Positions 41,225 to 51,419 of a stretch of DNA of 64,000 nucleotides are shown here, in pieces. The stretch is from an uncultured Chroococcidiopsis sp. (GTDB lineage: Bacteria > Cyanobacteriota > Cyanobacteriia > Cyanobacteriales > Chroococcidiopsidaceae). The notes beneath the pieces were generated by a model. The model saw only the letters and a program-made list of their open reading frames with translations. It had not been told where the DNA came from and searched no databases. How positions within the stretch are numbered: position 1 is the first letter of the stretch; each line of letters begins with the position of its first letter. Location: NCBI GenBank assembly GCA_964248365.1, contig CAXTYC010000004.1, forward strand, positions 128,001 to 192,000, given 5' to 3'. The translations under genes and the position numbers were made by a program.

Positions 41225-42358
41225 TTAAGTTGGCATTTGTTTTTGCGGCGGGAACCCGTGCTGAATTCTGCCTTCATCGGCATCGAACTTTTTGGAAGTT
41301 TTAAACAGTTCAAAGCGTCCATCAGCTGCATATTTAAGACAGCGATCGCGCAAAGCTTGCATTTGCCTCGCACTCATTGGCTGGAAGCCCCGCGCAATTG
41401 CCAAGTTTTGACGCAGTATTGCCGCATTGGGAATACCGCTGACGGTTGTAGCAACGGGAAGGCTCATTGCATAACTAAGCGCTTCTTGTGGCGTGAGAAT
41501 ACCTTGTTTGATAGCATCACCATTTCCACTCAAGCTCTTCATACCAATGGCGGCAATTCCGCGTCGGTTGAGTTCGGGTAGCACCTGCTGCTCAAAACTA
41601 TTAAAGGTAGCATCAAAAGTGTTGAGTGGCAATTGAACCGTATCGAACGGGTAGTTATGCGAAAGCATCTTGAGATGGATCGCTGGATCTTTGTGACCTG
41701 TGAAGCCGACAAATCGAACTTTGCCTTCTTTCTTTGCCTGGTCAAGTGCTTCAATTGCACCATTTTGACGGAAAATTAGATCGGGATCGCTGTAGTAAAC
41801 AACTTCGTGAATCTGCCATAAATCTAGATGATCCGTTCGCAGCCGCCGTAAAGACTCCTCAAGTTGCTGCATAGCCACTTTGCGATCGCGTCCGTGAGTG
41901 CAAACTTTCGTCATCAAAAAAACTCGATCTCGTCGTCCTTGCAGCGCCTTACCCATCCACTCTTCACTACGGTGGTTGTTATATTCCCAGGCATTGTCCA
42001 TGAAAGTGATTCCAGCATCAATCGCCTCATGCACAATCCGCTCGGCTTCTTCATAGCTTTTTGCCTGACCTAAATCGGAGCCACCCAACCCAATCGCAGA
42101 AACTTCAACTCCCGTCCGTCCGAGTTGGCGGCGGGGGATTTCGCCCGTACTATTTTGAGCAGCGATTAAGCTTTCTTCTCCTTGTAGCTGCATATTCTCA
42201 GAGGCTGTCTTTGCTGCAACTGGATGCTCATAGGAGTGCAAAATTAAGTCAGTTAGTGCCGCCCCCGCGCCAATCATCCCGACTCGTTTGAGAAATTCCC
42301 GCCGCCGACGATCAAACATTGAACGATTCTTTGCTACGTCATCATGTTCATCTGTCAT
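41225..42358 (-). CDS. aldo/keto reductase with a twin-arginine signal peptide
   Basis: RRREFLK plus hydrophobic stretch; LGRTG.EVS.IGLG, DNAWEY, ESLRRLRTDHLDLWQIH. Confidence 0.9.
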   Translation of the reverse strand: MTDEHDDVAKNRSMFDRRRREFLKRVGMIGAGAALTDLILHSYEHPVAAKTASENMQLQGEESLIAAQNSTGEIPRRQLGRTGVEVSAIGLGGSDLGQAKSYEEAERIVHEAIDAGITFMDNAWEYNNHRSEEWMGKALQGRRDRVFLMTKVCTHGRDRKVAMQQLEESLRRLRTDHLDLWQIHEVVYYSDPDLIFRQNGAIEALDQAKKEGKVRFVGFTGHKDPAIHLKMLSHNYPFDTVQLPLNTFDATFNSFEQQVLPELNRRGIAAIGMKSLSGNGDAIKQGILTPQEALSYAMSLPVATTVSGIPNAAILRQNLAIARGFQPMSARQMQALRDRCLKYAADGRFELFKTSKKFDADEGRIQHGFPPQKQMPT

Positions 42359-42722
42359 GAATTTTTCCTTATTACGGCACTCTTGCCATTTGACTTTTAG
42401 CGTTCAAGTTGTTTCATAAGCACCCACCTAGAGACAGGTTGTTAATTAAGGAATAAGAAGCCAGGTAAAAATCTAGGCGGCAAATAACACAAGCGCATAA
42501 GTAGTAGGGGCGGTCTGAGGATATTGGTTACAAATGAGTATATCGGTAAGGAGCGCCACTACAACGGACAAAAACAACCACTTAAAAATCACCAATCAGC
42601 AACGAGTTACTATAGATGCCTTTTATTAAGGTTGGCTCCAGCGCTGGCAGTTGCAATTTTCTACATGATTGAGGAGAATAAGCACTAATTAAAGCGGTAA
42701 CATTTTGTCAAGAGAAGATTAT

Positions 42723-43271
42723 ATGAAAGATTTTCAACTTCAAGGAATCAATCATATTGCGTTGGTATGTAAGGACATGGCACGTACTGTTGATTTTTAT
42801 ACCAACACCCTGGGGATTAATTTGATCAAAACCATTGCCCTACCAGATGGTGGACAGCACTTCTTTTTTGACATCGGTAACGGTGATGCTTTGGCTTTTT
42901 TCTGGTTCCCGCAAGCACCAGAAGCACAACCTGGCATCGCGTCTGTCAGATCTGATGCTTGGGAAACTGCCAATATTACCACCGCACATGGTTCAATGAA
43001 CCATTTAGCATTTAACGTTCCCCTAGAAAAAATTGAGGAGTATAGAGAAAAACTATTAACCAAGGGTGTAAAAGTGACACCTATTTTACATCATGCCGAT
43101 GTTCCTTCTGGTTATGTTTCAGAATCTGATGAAAGTACATTTATTTCCTCATTTTATTTCTTCGATCCTGATGGCATTTTGCTAGAGTTTGCAGCTAATG
43201 CGCGCTCGTTGGGCGATCCTGTAAGAGATATTCAACATCAACCAGTCTCAATCAATACCACAACAGACTAA
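42723..43271 (+). CDS. VOC (glyoxalase/bleomycin resistance) family protein
   Basis: INHIALVC.DM, MNHLAF and YFFDPDGILLE motifs; ATG at 42723. Confidence 0.9.
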   Translation: MKDFQLQGINHIALVCKDMARTVDFYTNTLGINLIKTIALPDGGQHFFFDIGNGDALAFFWFPQAPEAQPGIASVRSDAWETANITTAHGSMNHLAFNVPLEKIEEYREKLLTKGVKVTPILHHADVPSGYVSESDESTFISSFYFFDPDGILLEFAANARSLGDPVRDIQHQPVSINTTTD

Positions 43272-43511
43272 TATCAGTTATCAATTATCAATTATTTTTA
43301 TTCCAAGAGGAGGGACATTGTTAATTGTTAACTTCTTACCGAGATTTGTACAAACACATGAATTGCAAAATCTGCCCAAGTTGCTATAGCAATCACAATT
43401 TGAGTCAGCAAATACTTCTACAACATCATTAGTCAGTAGCTACTTTTGACTAATAACTATGGAATTATGACAGCCACAATAAAATATTCATGAATCGTTT
43501 AATGTTGCTAT

Positions 43512-43922
43512 ATGGTTTTTCAACAGAATGAAGCACTCGTTACTTTAGCATCTATTAATATTGAAAATTTGGTAAAATTTTATATTGATTTATTGGGAAA
43601 ACCAAAAACTCACATTCCAAATGTGTATGCACAGTTTCAATTACCTGGTTTGCGACTGGGAATTTTTCAACCAAAAGAAACCAACTTGCAAGAGTTTGAG
43701 TCGGCTAAAAGTCGAATGAGTTTATGTTTAGAAGTAACTGATTTGGAAGATGCGATCGCCCACCTCACCACTTTAGGCTATCCACCACCAGGAGAAATTA
43801 TCACAGCATCTCACGGTAGAGAAATTTATGCCTACGATCCCGAAGGAAACCGCCTAATTTTGCACCAGGGGAATGGGAAAAGGGAAAAGGGAAAAGGGAA
43901 AACAATTATCAATGAACAATAA
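43512..43922 (+). CDS. VOC family protein
   Basis: FY..LLG, SLCLEV.DLE and HGREIYAYDPEGNRL motifs; heptamer-derived C-terminal tail. Confidence 0.85.
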   Translation: MVFQQNEALVTLASINIENLVKFYIDLLGKPKTHIPNVYAQFQLPGLRLGIFQPKETNLQEFESAKSRMSLCLEVTDLEDAIAHLTTLGYPPPGEIITASHGREIYAYDPEGNRLILHQGNGKREKGKGKTIINEQ

Positions 43923-43976
43923 ATAATTGATAATTGATAATTGATTCCCCTAGCCCCTAGCCCCTAGCCTCTAATA

Positions 43977-45245
43977 TTACTCACTTCGTAAAGCATCGAT
44001 TGGATTTAATTTGGCTGCGTTACGTGCAGGTATTACTCCAGCTAGTAGCCCAACGATGAAAGAGAGTCCAAAGCCAGCCCCGATTGACCAAATAGAAACT
44101 ATAAAGGGAAATTTGAAGATGGTTGCAGCAGACAAAGCGATCGCTATTCCCAAACTAATACCAATTCCACCCCCCACAACAGAAACCACGAGGGCTTCAG
44201 CTAGAAACTGACTCAGAATAGCGGCGTTAGTGGCTCCGAGGGCTTTACGAATACCGATTTCTTTTGTTCTTTCCACAACTGAAACCAGCATAATATTGGC
44301 AATACCAATTCCTCCAACTACCAGAGAAATTCCGGCGATCGCCACTACCATTACTGTAAACAAACCCACCACATTACTAAAAGTATTGATAATGTCTACT
44401 TGGTTAATAATTCTAAAATCATCAGCTTGTGGTGGATAAATATTATGGCGTAAGCGCAAAAGATTTGTCACCTGAAATTGAGCCGCGTCTAACTGTGCCT
44501 CATCTTTGGCTGCTAACCAAAACCCAGTAATAGCAACTCCTGTTAGAGCATTGTTACCCACAAGCCGAGCTGACATATTTGTCAGGGGAATAAAAACTCG
44601 GTCATCTTGATCCTGATTTCCGACAGCTCCTTTCGGTTCCATTACCCCAATCACCCGATAACTGCTTCGTTGAATGCGGATTTCCTTACCTATTGCACTT
44701 TCTCTACCAAAAAGTTCATCTCGCACTTTAGAACCCAAGACTACTACTGGTTTGGCAGTATCCAAATCATCTTGAGAAAAAAATTGCCCTTCTTGAGGAT
44801 TAGTGTTTTTGACTTTTGGGTAATTTAAATCCGTACCTATGATCGAAGTCGATATATTCTGCCCTCCATACACAACTTGCATCTGACGTTGCAAAAAGGC
44901 AGTAACCGAAGAGGCGGCAGGAGCTTGCTTTGCGATCGCCTGGGCATCTTGCATCGTCAAAGTTGAAGCCGATCCAGTTCCAAGATTTATTCGACCACTT
45001 GTAGATGCACCAGCTAGCACGAGTATGACATTTGTACCCAATGCCTGAATCTGCTGCTGGGTGGATTTTTGCACTCCCTGTCCTACTGAAGTAATAGAAA
45101 TCACCGAGGATATACCAATAATTACACCCAGCATGGTTAGTCCTGTGCGTAACTTGTGGTTCCACAAGGACTCTATAGCCATGCCGAAAACTTCAACAGA
45201 TGACACGGTACGAGGACGAATGCGAGTCGGTAAGCGGTTAGGCAT
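43977..45245 (-). CDS. MacB-like ABC transporter permease (MacB-PCD + FtsX)
   Basis: KLRTGLTMLGVIIG, GGIGIANIMLVSVVERTKEIGIRKALGA. The ORF-track extension to 45356 is heptamer repeat; ATG at 45245. Confidence 0.92.
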   Translation of the reverse strand: MPNRLPTRIRPRTVSSVEVFGMAIESLWNHKLRTGLTMLGVIIGISSVISITSVGQGVQKSTQQQIQALGTNVILVLAGASTSGRINLGTGSASTLTMQDAQAIAKQAPAASSVTAFLQRQMQVVYGGQNISTSIIGTDLNYPKVKNTNPQEGQFFSQDDLDTAKPVVVLGSKVRDELFGRESAIGKEIRIQRSSYRVIGVMEPKGAVGNQDQDDRVFIPLTNMSARLVGNNALTGVAITGFWLAAKDEAQLDAAQFQVTNLLRLRHNIYPPQADDFRIINQVDIINTFSNVVGLFTVMVVAIAGISLVVGGIGIANIMLVSVVERTKEIGIRKALGATNAAILSQFLAEALVVSVVGGGIGISLGIAIALSAATIFKFPFIVSIWSIGAGFGLSFIVGLLAGVIPARNAAKLNPIDALRSE

Positions 45246-45415
45246 TTTACTGGGGGCTAGGGGCTGGGGGCTAGGGGCTAGTGTTGAGGGGGTTCGCAGG
45301 GAGAGGGGGGAGAGCAAAAGGAGGCAAAAGGAGGCTGAGGGAGAAAGTGCATTCAATTTTCTTGACTTGGAAAGCAGGAATATGGTATAGTCTACAACCT
45401 CATAACCCCATATTC

Positions 45416-46747
45416 CTAGCCCCCAGCCCCTCGCCGTGAACCTCGTCCCATACCAGGAATCAATGATGGGGATCTCGTTTGGGGTTTGGTTCCAGGTGGG
45501 AAGGTGATAAATACTCTTTCGGTTCCAGTCAATCCAGATAGAACCTGTGTTTTATCATTTACGGTTGTTCCGGTTTTGATGGGGATGAATATGGGCTGGT
45601 TATTCTCTCTGGCGACAAAGACACCTGTACCATTTTCCTGACGAGCGATCGCCACTGTAGGAACCACAAGGGCGTTCTTCAGTTCACCTGCTTTGAAAGA
45701 GACATTCACGTTCATCCCAGAACGCAGCAGTTGTTCGGGATCTGACAGAATTGCCGCTTTTACTTCAAAACTGGTGACGTTCTGCTCTACAGTAGACTGA
45801 ACGGCAATTTGATTCACTCGACCTGTAAAAGTTTTCCCTGGATAGGCATCAGCTTGAAAGGTAATCTCCTGCCCTAGACGGATTTGGGAAATATTGCTTT
45901 CTGCTACATCTGCCACTACTTGGTTAACAGAAGCAAGGGACAAGATCGAAGAACTGGTAGCACTAGAAACATCACTACCTGCGGTTGTTGGGGTAACAAA
46001 AGCCCCAGGATCTGCATACTTCTTGGACACAACCCCACTAAAGGGAGCGCGAATCACTGTATCATTGAAGGAAGTTTGGATATTTTGGACAGCGCCTTGC
46101 TGCTGCATTACAGAGGCGCGGGCAGCGGCAATATCTTCTGGACGCGATCCATTTTGCTGCAAAGCTAAGGCTTGCTGCGCCCGTGTCACCTGGGCTTTCG
46201 CACTGTCGTAGGCTGCGCGTGATGCAATCAAATCTCGGTTAGAAATTGCTCCAGAGGAGTATAGTTGCTGATTCTGTTGCAGGTTTGTTGCTGCTTGCTG
46301 TAGGGAAGCTTGGACATTGCGCAATTCGGCTTGCGCTTGGGCAATATCCTCAGAACGATTACCAGCAATTAGTTTTTGCAGATTTGCCTGGGCTGCTGCT
46401 AGTTGTCCTTGCGCCTGGATGAGTTGTCCTCTAAGATTCGAGTCATCCATGTAAGCCAGAATCTGATCAAGTTTTACGCGATCGCCTTCTTTGACAAGCA
46501 AACTTTTCAATCTACCGGAGGTTTTGGGGCTGACATTGATTAATTTTTCTGGTTTAATAGTGCCATTGGCTGAAACAGTGACAGGCAAATTCAGTCTTTC
46601 AACCGGAACTGTCAAAACCTTACGCTTTGCTTGCTGTTGCGGGATGACAACTAGCTGGCGATAAACTGCATAGCCTCCACCTGCCACAAGACAGAGAAAG
46701 ATGAACCCTAGTAACCACCTATTAATTTCTTTTTTCTTGAATTTCAC
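45416..46747 (-). CDS. MacA-like efflux periplasmic adaptor subunit
   Basis: N-terminal TM, SPKTSGRL..LLVKEGD, IRAPFSG, LRSGM. Confidence 0.92.
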   Translation of the reverse strand: MKFKKKEINRWLLGFIFLCLVAGGGYAVYRQLVVIPQQQAKRKVLTVPVERLNLPVTVSANGTIKPEKLINVSPKTSGRLKSLLVKEGDRVKLDQILAYMDDSNLRGQLIQAQGQLAAAQANLQKLIAGNRSEDIAQAQAELRNVQASLQQAATNLQQNQQLYSSGAISNRDLIASRAAYDSAKAQVTRAQQALALQQNGSRPEDIAAARASVMQQQGAVQNIQTSFNDTVIRAPFSGVVSKKYADPGAFVTPTTAGSDVSSATSSSILSLASVNQVVADVAESNISQIRLGQEITFQADAYPGKTFTGRVNQIAVQSTVEQNVTSFEVKAAILSDPEQLLRSGMNVNVSFKAGELKNALVVPTVAIARQENGTGVFVARENNQPIFIPIKTGTTVNDKTQVLSGLTGTERVFITFPPGTKPQTRSPSLIPGMGRGSRRGAGG

Positions 46748-46869
46748 GATCAGTATGTGAAAGCGATCGCGTATGATGAATCATATTCATTCTAGCTTTC
46801 TTCTGTTTTTCTCGTTACCTGGTTGGAGCCAGGTAACAAGTTAACGAGGCTCAGCCTCGAAGAAGGTTA

Positions 46870-48231
46870 TTAACCAACACTGGGCAATCCTGCTAGTGCC
46901 ATTGCTACCTCTTCGGCACTGTACTGGGTATCTCGCAACAACCCAGCTTGATAATCCATATACGCCTGCATATCGAAGTGACCATGACCACACAGATTAA
47001 ACAGGATAGTTTTACTTACTCCTTCCTCTTTGCAACGTAGAGCTTCATCGATCGCACCCTTAACAGCATGATTAGCTTCAGGTGCAGGTAAAATACCCTC
47101 AGCACGAGCAAAAGTTAAACCAGCGGCAAAGCATCCGAGTTGAGGTTCGGCACGGGTTTCAATCAGCCCTAACTCGACAATATGACTGAGCAAGGGAGCC
47201 ATGCCATGATACCGTAACCCGCCTGCATGGAAACCTTGGGGAACAAAAGAGTTTCCCAGAGTGTGCATCTTCACCAGGGGAGTAAGATGGGCTGTATCGC
47301 CAAAGTCGTAAGTATATTTGCCCTTAGTTAGGGTTGGGCAAGCAGCTGGTTCAACCGCCACAAATTTAATGTTGTTCTCCTCACCTCGCAGCTTAGCACC
47401 GATGAAGGGAAAGGTAATGCCAGCGAAGTTACTACCACCACCTGTACAGCCCACTATAATATCTGGATAGTCCCCAGCCTGTTCTAGTTGCGCTAACACT
47501 TCTAAACCAGTTACAGTTTGATGCAGCAGCACATGATTAAGTACACTGCCTAAAGCATATTTAGTTTGGTCATCTTGTACGGCAACTTCTACAGCTTCGC
47601 TAATGGCAATGCCTAAACTGCCTGTGCTATCAGGATAATCTTTTAAAATCATTCGCCCCGCTTGTGTTTCGTTGCTGGGGCTAGCTACTACCCGCGCCCC
47701 ATATGATTCCATCAAGGCACGACGATAGGGCTTGTGGTGATAGCTGACTTTGACCATGTAAACCAGTACTTCTAAGTCAAAGAAAGCACCAGCCAAAGCG
47801 AGGGAAGAACCCCATTGTCCTGCACCTGTTTCTGTTGTCAGGCGCTTGACTCCTGCTTGTTTGTTGTAGTATGCTTGTGGTATAGCTGTGTTGGGTTTAT
47901 GGCTACCAGCAGGGCTGACACCTTCGTATTTGTAGTATATTTTCGCAGGGGTATCAAGGGCTTTCTCTAGCCGTCGGGCGCGGTAGAGTGGAGTTGGTCG
48001 CCACTGACGATAGATTGATTGCACTTCGTCGGGAATTTCAATCCAGGGTTGGATGCTTACCTCTTGCATAATTAGCTGTTCAGGAAACAGCGGTTCTAAG
48101 TCAGCAGCTGTGATTGGCATCCCTGTACCTGGGTGCAGTGGGGGCGGCATGGGAGTAGGTAAGTCAGCTTGAATGTTGTACCAAGCTGTGGGCATTTGGC
48201 TTTCTGCAAGGGTGTACTTGATAGTATCCAT
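46870..48231 (-). CDS. trpB2: TrpB-like PLP enzyme (tryptophan synthase beta-2)
   Basis: [49 protein letters not shown] motifs. Confidence 0.93.
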   Translation of the reverse strand: MDTIKYTLAESQMPTAWYNIQADLPTPMPPPLHPGTGMPITAADLEPLFPEQLIMQEVSIQPWIEIPDEVQSIYRQWRPTPLYRARRLEKALDTPAKIYYKYEGVSPAGSHKPNTAIPQAYYNKQAGVKRLTTETGAGQWGSSLALAGAFFDLEVLVYMVKVSYHHKPYRRALMESYGARVVASPSNETQAGRMILKDYPDSTGSLGIAISEAVEVAVQDDQTKYALGSVLNHVLLHQTVTGLEVLAQLEQAGDYPDIIVGCTGGGSNFAGITFPFIGAKLRGEENNIKFVAVEPAACPTLTKGKYTYDFGDTAHLTPLVKMHTLGNSFVPQGFHAGGLRYHGMAPLLSHIVELGLIETRAEPQLGCFAAGLTFARAEGILPAPEANHAVKGAIDEALRCKEEGVSKTILFNLCGHGHFDMQAYMDYQAGLLRDTQYSAEEVAMALAGLPSVG

Positions 48232-48446
48232 TGGTGAAATACTGCTGCAATGTAAGTTGTTCAGGCTGGTTTGGAGTATCTTAGTTTATTATTTTTTCTG
48301 GAGTTTCTCTATAGGATATTTTTTTTATATATATAGGGGATTTTTTACATATTTTTGAGGGGAATATTATTTTTAACGAACCGCAAAGGACGCAGAGGAC
48401 ACAGAGGAAAGAGGTAGAGAGAGTTTATTGGTTATGGTATTGAATA

Positions 48447-49547
48447 ATGAAGAGAATTGAGGTTGAGCAAAGAACGATTTTTATTGGTTTGTCTGGTAGT
48501 CATGGTTATAGTTTAAATCGACCAGATTCAGACATGGACTATAGAGGAGTTTTTATTGCACCGAAAAAATACTATTTGGGGTTTGATAGTATTGAACAAA
48601 AAAATGATGGTTGGGATGAAGCGGGGATATTTCCTTTTTTAGATGGTAATACCGATACGGTTATCTATGAATTAAGAAAAGTTATTCAGCTTTTAGCGGC
48701 TGCTAATCCCAATATTTTAGAATTACTTTGGTTGAACGAGTATCCTGTTTTAACACAGGTGGGACAAAGGTTAATTGAACACAGGCAAGTGTTTCTTAGT
48801 AAGAAAGTAAAGCATACATATTCTGGTTATGCTTTTGCTCAAATAAAAAAGATGGAAACTCATCGTAAGTGGTTACTCAATCCACCCCAAAAAAAGCCAT
48901 TGCCTGAAGATTTTGGCATTCAAGATGCGCCGTTAAGTAAAGAGGAACTGAATGCTTTTTTGGAGTATCTTTATAATTTAGTTAGAGGCAAAATTGAATT
49001 TTTAGAAGAAGCAGAACAGTTATATCATTTGTTGACTGCTGATATCGATTTTAAGGGAATGTTGAAACAACACCCTTTACCAGATGAAATGGCATATACT
49101 CAACAACTTACTAATGGTCGAGGTGACTTTATTCGGCTACTGCAAAAGAGCCAAAAGTATCAAGTAGCTTTGAGAGAATGGCAGGCTTATTTGTCATGGC
49201 AAAAGAATAGAAATCCCGCTAGGGCTGAAATGGAAAAACAATCGGGATTCGATCTCAAGCACGGGATGCATTGCATTAGATTGCTACGCAGTGGACTAGA
49301 GATATTAAGCCTCGGAAAAGTAATTGTAAATAGAATTGAAGCAGGCGATGCTGATGAACTAAAAGCCATTCTCAAGGGTGAATATTCTTATGACCAAGTA
49401 ATGAAAATGGCTGATGATTTAGTAGCCCAAATGGATGTTGTATATCAACAATCTACCTTACCTCACAGCCCTAATTTAGAGCAAATTAATCAACTATGCA
49501 TACAATTAGTAGAAATGCAAGGATGGGAAATAATTCGTAATTCGTAA
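48447..49547 (+). CDS. DNA polymerase beta-superfamily nucleotidyltransferase (RlaP/YcgL-like)
   Basis: GS.GY.L..PDSD.DYRGVF, NPNILELL, YSGYA..Q and DLKHGMHCIRLL motifs. Confidence 0.85.
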   Translation: MKRIEVEQRTIFIGLSGSHGYSLNRPDSDMDYRGVFIAPKKYYLGFDSIEQKNDGWDEAGIFPFLDGNTDTVIYELRKVIQLLAAANPNILELLWLNEYPVLTQVGQRLIEHRQVFLSKKVKHTYSGYAFAQIKKMETHRKWLLNPPQKKPLPEDFGIQDAPLSKEELNAFLEYLYNLVRGKIEFLEEAEQLYHLLTADIDFKGMLKQHPLPDEMAYTQQLTNGRGDFIRLLQKSQKYQVALREWQAYLSWQKNRNPARAEMEKQSGFDLKHGMHCIRLLRSGLEILSLGKVIVNRIEAGDADELKAILKGEYSYDQVMKMADDLVAQMDVVYQQSTLPHSPNLEQINQLCIQLVEMQGWEIIRNS

Positions 49548-49694
49548 TTCAGAAGTCTCTAAGTCAGGAGTCTCCAAGTCAGGAGCCAGAAGTCAGAAGA
49601 TAGAAGACAGAATATTTAATTCTTTCATCTTCCCCAGCTCCCTTTTGCTCCCTTTTGCCCTCTTCTAGCCTAAGCGCCTCTAGCCCCTAGCTCC

Positions 49695-49994
49695 TCATAA
49701 GTAGTGAATTACGTCAGCAAAACCGTAGATGCTCAAGAGTAGCAATACTAGGGCTGATACTTGAGTGGCGCGTGTTTGGTGTGTGGGTGACAGATGCGAT
49801 CGCACCCACATAGAAGCAGATACCCCTACTACATAACTCCAAGCTAGTACTAAATATGACCAGTGAGGTGTCATTAGCCAAGTCCCCAGTAATATAACCG
49901 CTAGCAATAACATCACTAGTTCTACAAACTGGGGTGGATTTTGCTCACAGGCAAGAATTAAGGTATTCCACCAAAAACGGCAATTTCTGATCAT
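49695..49994 (-). CDS. small membrane protein downstream of chlI
   Basis: About 3 hydrophobic helices; starts 21 bp after the chlI stop. Confidence 0.7.
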   Translation of the reverse strand: MIRNCRFWWNTLILACEQNPPQFVELVMLLLAVILLGTWLMTPHWSYLVLAWSYVVGVSASMWVRSHLSPTHQTRATQVSALVLLLLSIYGFADVIHYL

Positions 49995-50015
49995 TAGCAG
50001 CCTAAAAATGAGTAA

Positions 50016-51143
50016 TTAGCTATAACGCCCACTGGTTTGTCCGATACCGTTAGTTTGTGCTGAAGAGTTTGAATTTTCTTCTGTCGTTGGTTCGATTCCA
50101 AATACACGGTTAAAGACTTTTTCTACTTTATAACCAGAATCAATCGACTCTAGGGGATCTTTGCGGAGTCTATGTCGTAAACACAAGGTCATAACGCGGC
50201 GAATATCATCAACTGTGACTTCGGTACGACCTTCGTATGCTGCTAAGGCTTTGGCGGCGCGGTTAGTTACAATATCACCCCGCAATCCATCAACATCAAG
50301 TTCTGAGCAAACTTCTGAAATTTTCACTCGTAGATCGTAGTCCATCTGTACTGATGGCAGCAGTTCTTGCGCTTTAATTAGCTGGTGTTGCAAGGCTGCT
50401 TGCTGGGTTTGATATTTTTCGAGAAACTGTTGGGGATTGGAGTCAAATTCTGCCCGTTGTTCGACGATTTGCACTCGCAGGGTTGGTTCTTTGACGGTGC
50501 GAATTTCGGCGTGCATTCCAAAGCGATCGAGCAGCTGGGGACGCAGTTCGCCTTCTTCAGGGTTGCCAGAACCAACGAGAACAAAACGGGCGGGGTGGCG
50601 AATGGAAATGCCTTCTCGTTCGACTGTGTTCCAGCCACTGGCGGCTGAGTCAAGCAGTACGTCTACCAAGTGATCGTCTAGTAGGTTGACTTCATCAACG
50701 TAGAGAATGCCGCGATTTGCTTTGGCTAGTAGTCCTGGTTCAAAAGCTTTCACACCTTCACTAAGGGCTTTTTCGATATCGATAGTACCGCAAACTCGGT
50801 CTTCTGTAGCTCCCAAGGGTAGGTCAACCATTGGGACTTTTTTCCCCGCAACTCGAATTTCTGCTTGTTGCTCTAGCTGCTGTCGCACAGCATCGCTCAT
50901 GATTTCTGGATCACTGGGATGGCTGTTGAAGGGATCATCGGCAACAACTTCGATTTCTGGTAGTAAGTCAGCCAATGCCCGAATAGTTGTGGATTTACCA
51001 GTACCGCGATCGCCCATAATCATTACACCCCCCACTTTGGGATCGATCACGTTCAATAGTAGGGCGAGTTTCATTTCTTCCTGTCCCACAATGGCAGTGA
51101 AGGGAAAAACAACGCGGCGGGTAGCTGGGGCAGTTGGACTCAC
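50016..51143 (-). CDS. chlI: magnesium chelatase subunit I
   Basis: [39 protein letters not shown]. Confidence 0.97.
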   Translation of the reverse strand: MSPTAPATRRVVFPFTAIVGQEEMKLALLLNVIDPKVGGVMIMGDRGTGKSTTIRALADLLPEIEVVADDPFNSHPSDPEIMSDAVRQQLEQQAEIRVAGKKVPMVDLPLGATEDRVCGTIDIEKALSEGVKAFEPGLLAKANRGILYVDEVNLLDDHLVDVLLDSAASGWNTVEREGISIRHPARFVLVGSGNPEEGELRPQLLDRFGMHAEIRTVKEPTLRVQIVEQRAEFDSNPQQFLEKYQTQQAALQHQLIKAQELLPSVQMDYDLRVKISEVCSELDVDGLRGDIVTNRAAKALAAYEGRTEVTVDDIRRVMTLCLRHRLRKDPLESIDSGYKVEKVFNRVFGIEPTTEENSNSSAQTNGIGQTSGRYS

Positions 51144-51419
51144 TTCGATTACCTATTAAAGAGTTTTTTTAACACTGTTTTTCATTTTGCCACAATCGGG
51201 GGGGCTAGGGGCTAGAGGCGCTTAGGCTAGGGGAAGAAATAAAAGGATGAAGTGTGAAGGCGCGAAGTGTAAAGTTAGAAGTTAGAAGTATGAAAATTTC
51301 AACCTTCAACCTTTACCGCAATACCGTTCAACCTACCCCTTCGCTTAAGCAAGCTACAACCTTTATCCTTTCCCCTTTCCCCTTTCCCCAGCCCCTAGCC
51401 CCTAGTCCCTAGCCCCTGA

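Noticed and set aside
45246..45356. N-terminal extension of the ABC permease
   Set aside because: It is translated heptamer repeat (LAPSPQPLAPS); the real start is likely 45245.
48360..48368. GGGAATATT resembling a SigJ-type promoter box upstream of the nucleotidyltransferase
   Set aside because: An imperfect short match in very AT-rich DNA, with no supporting evidence.
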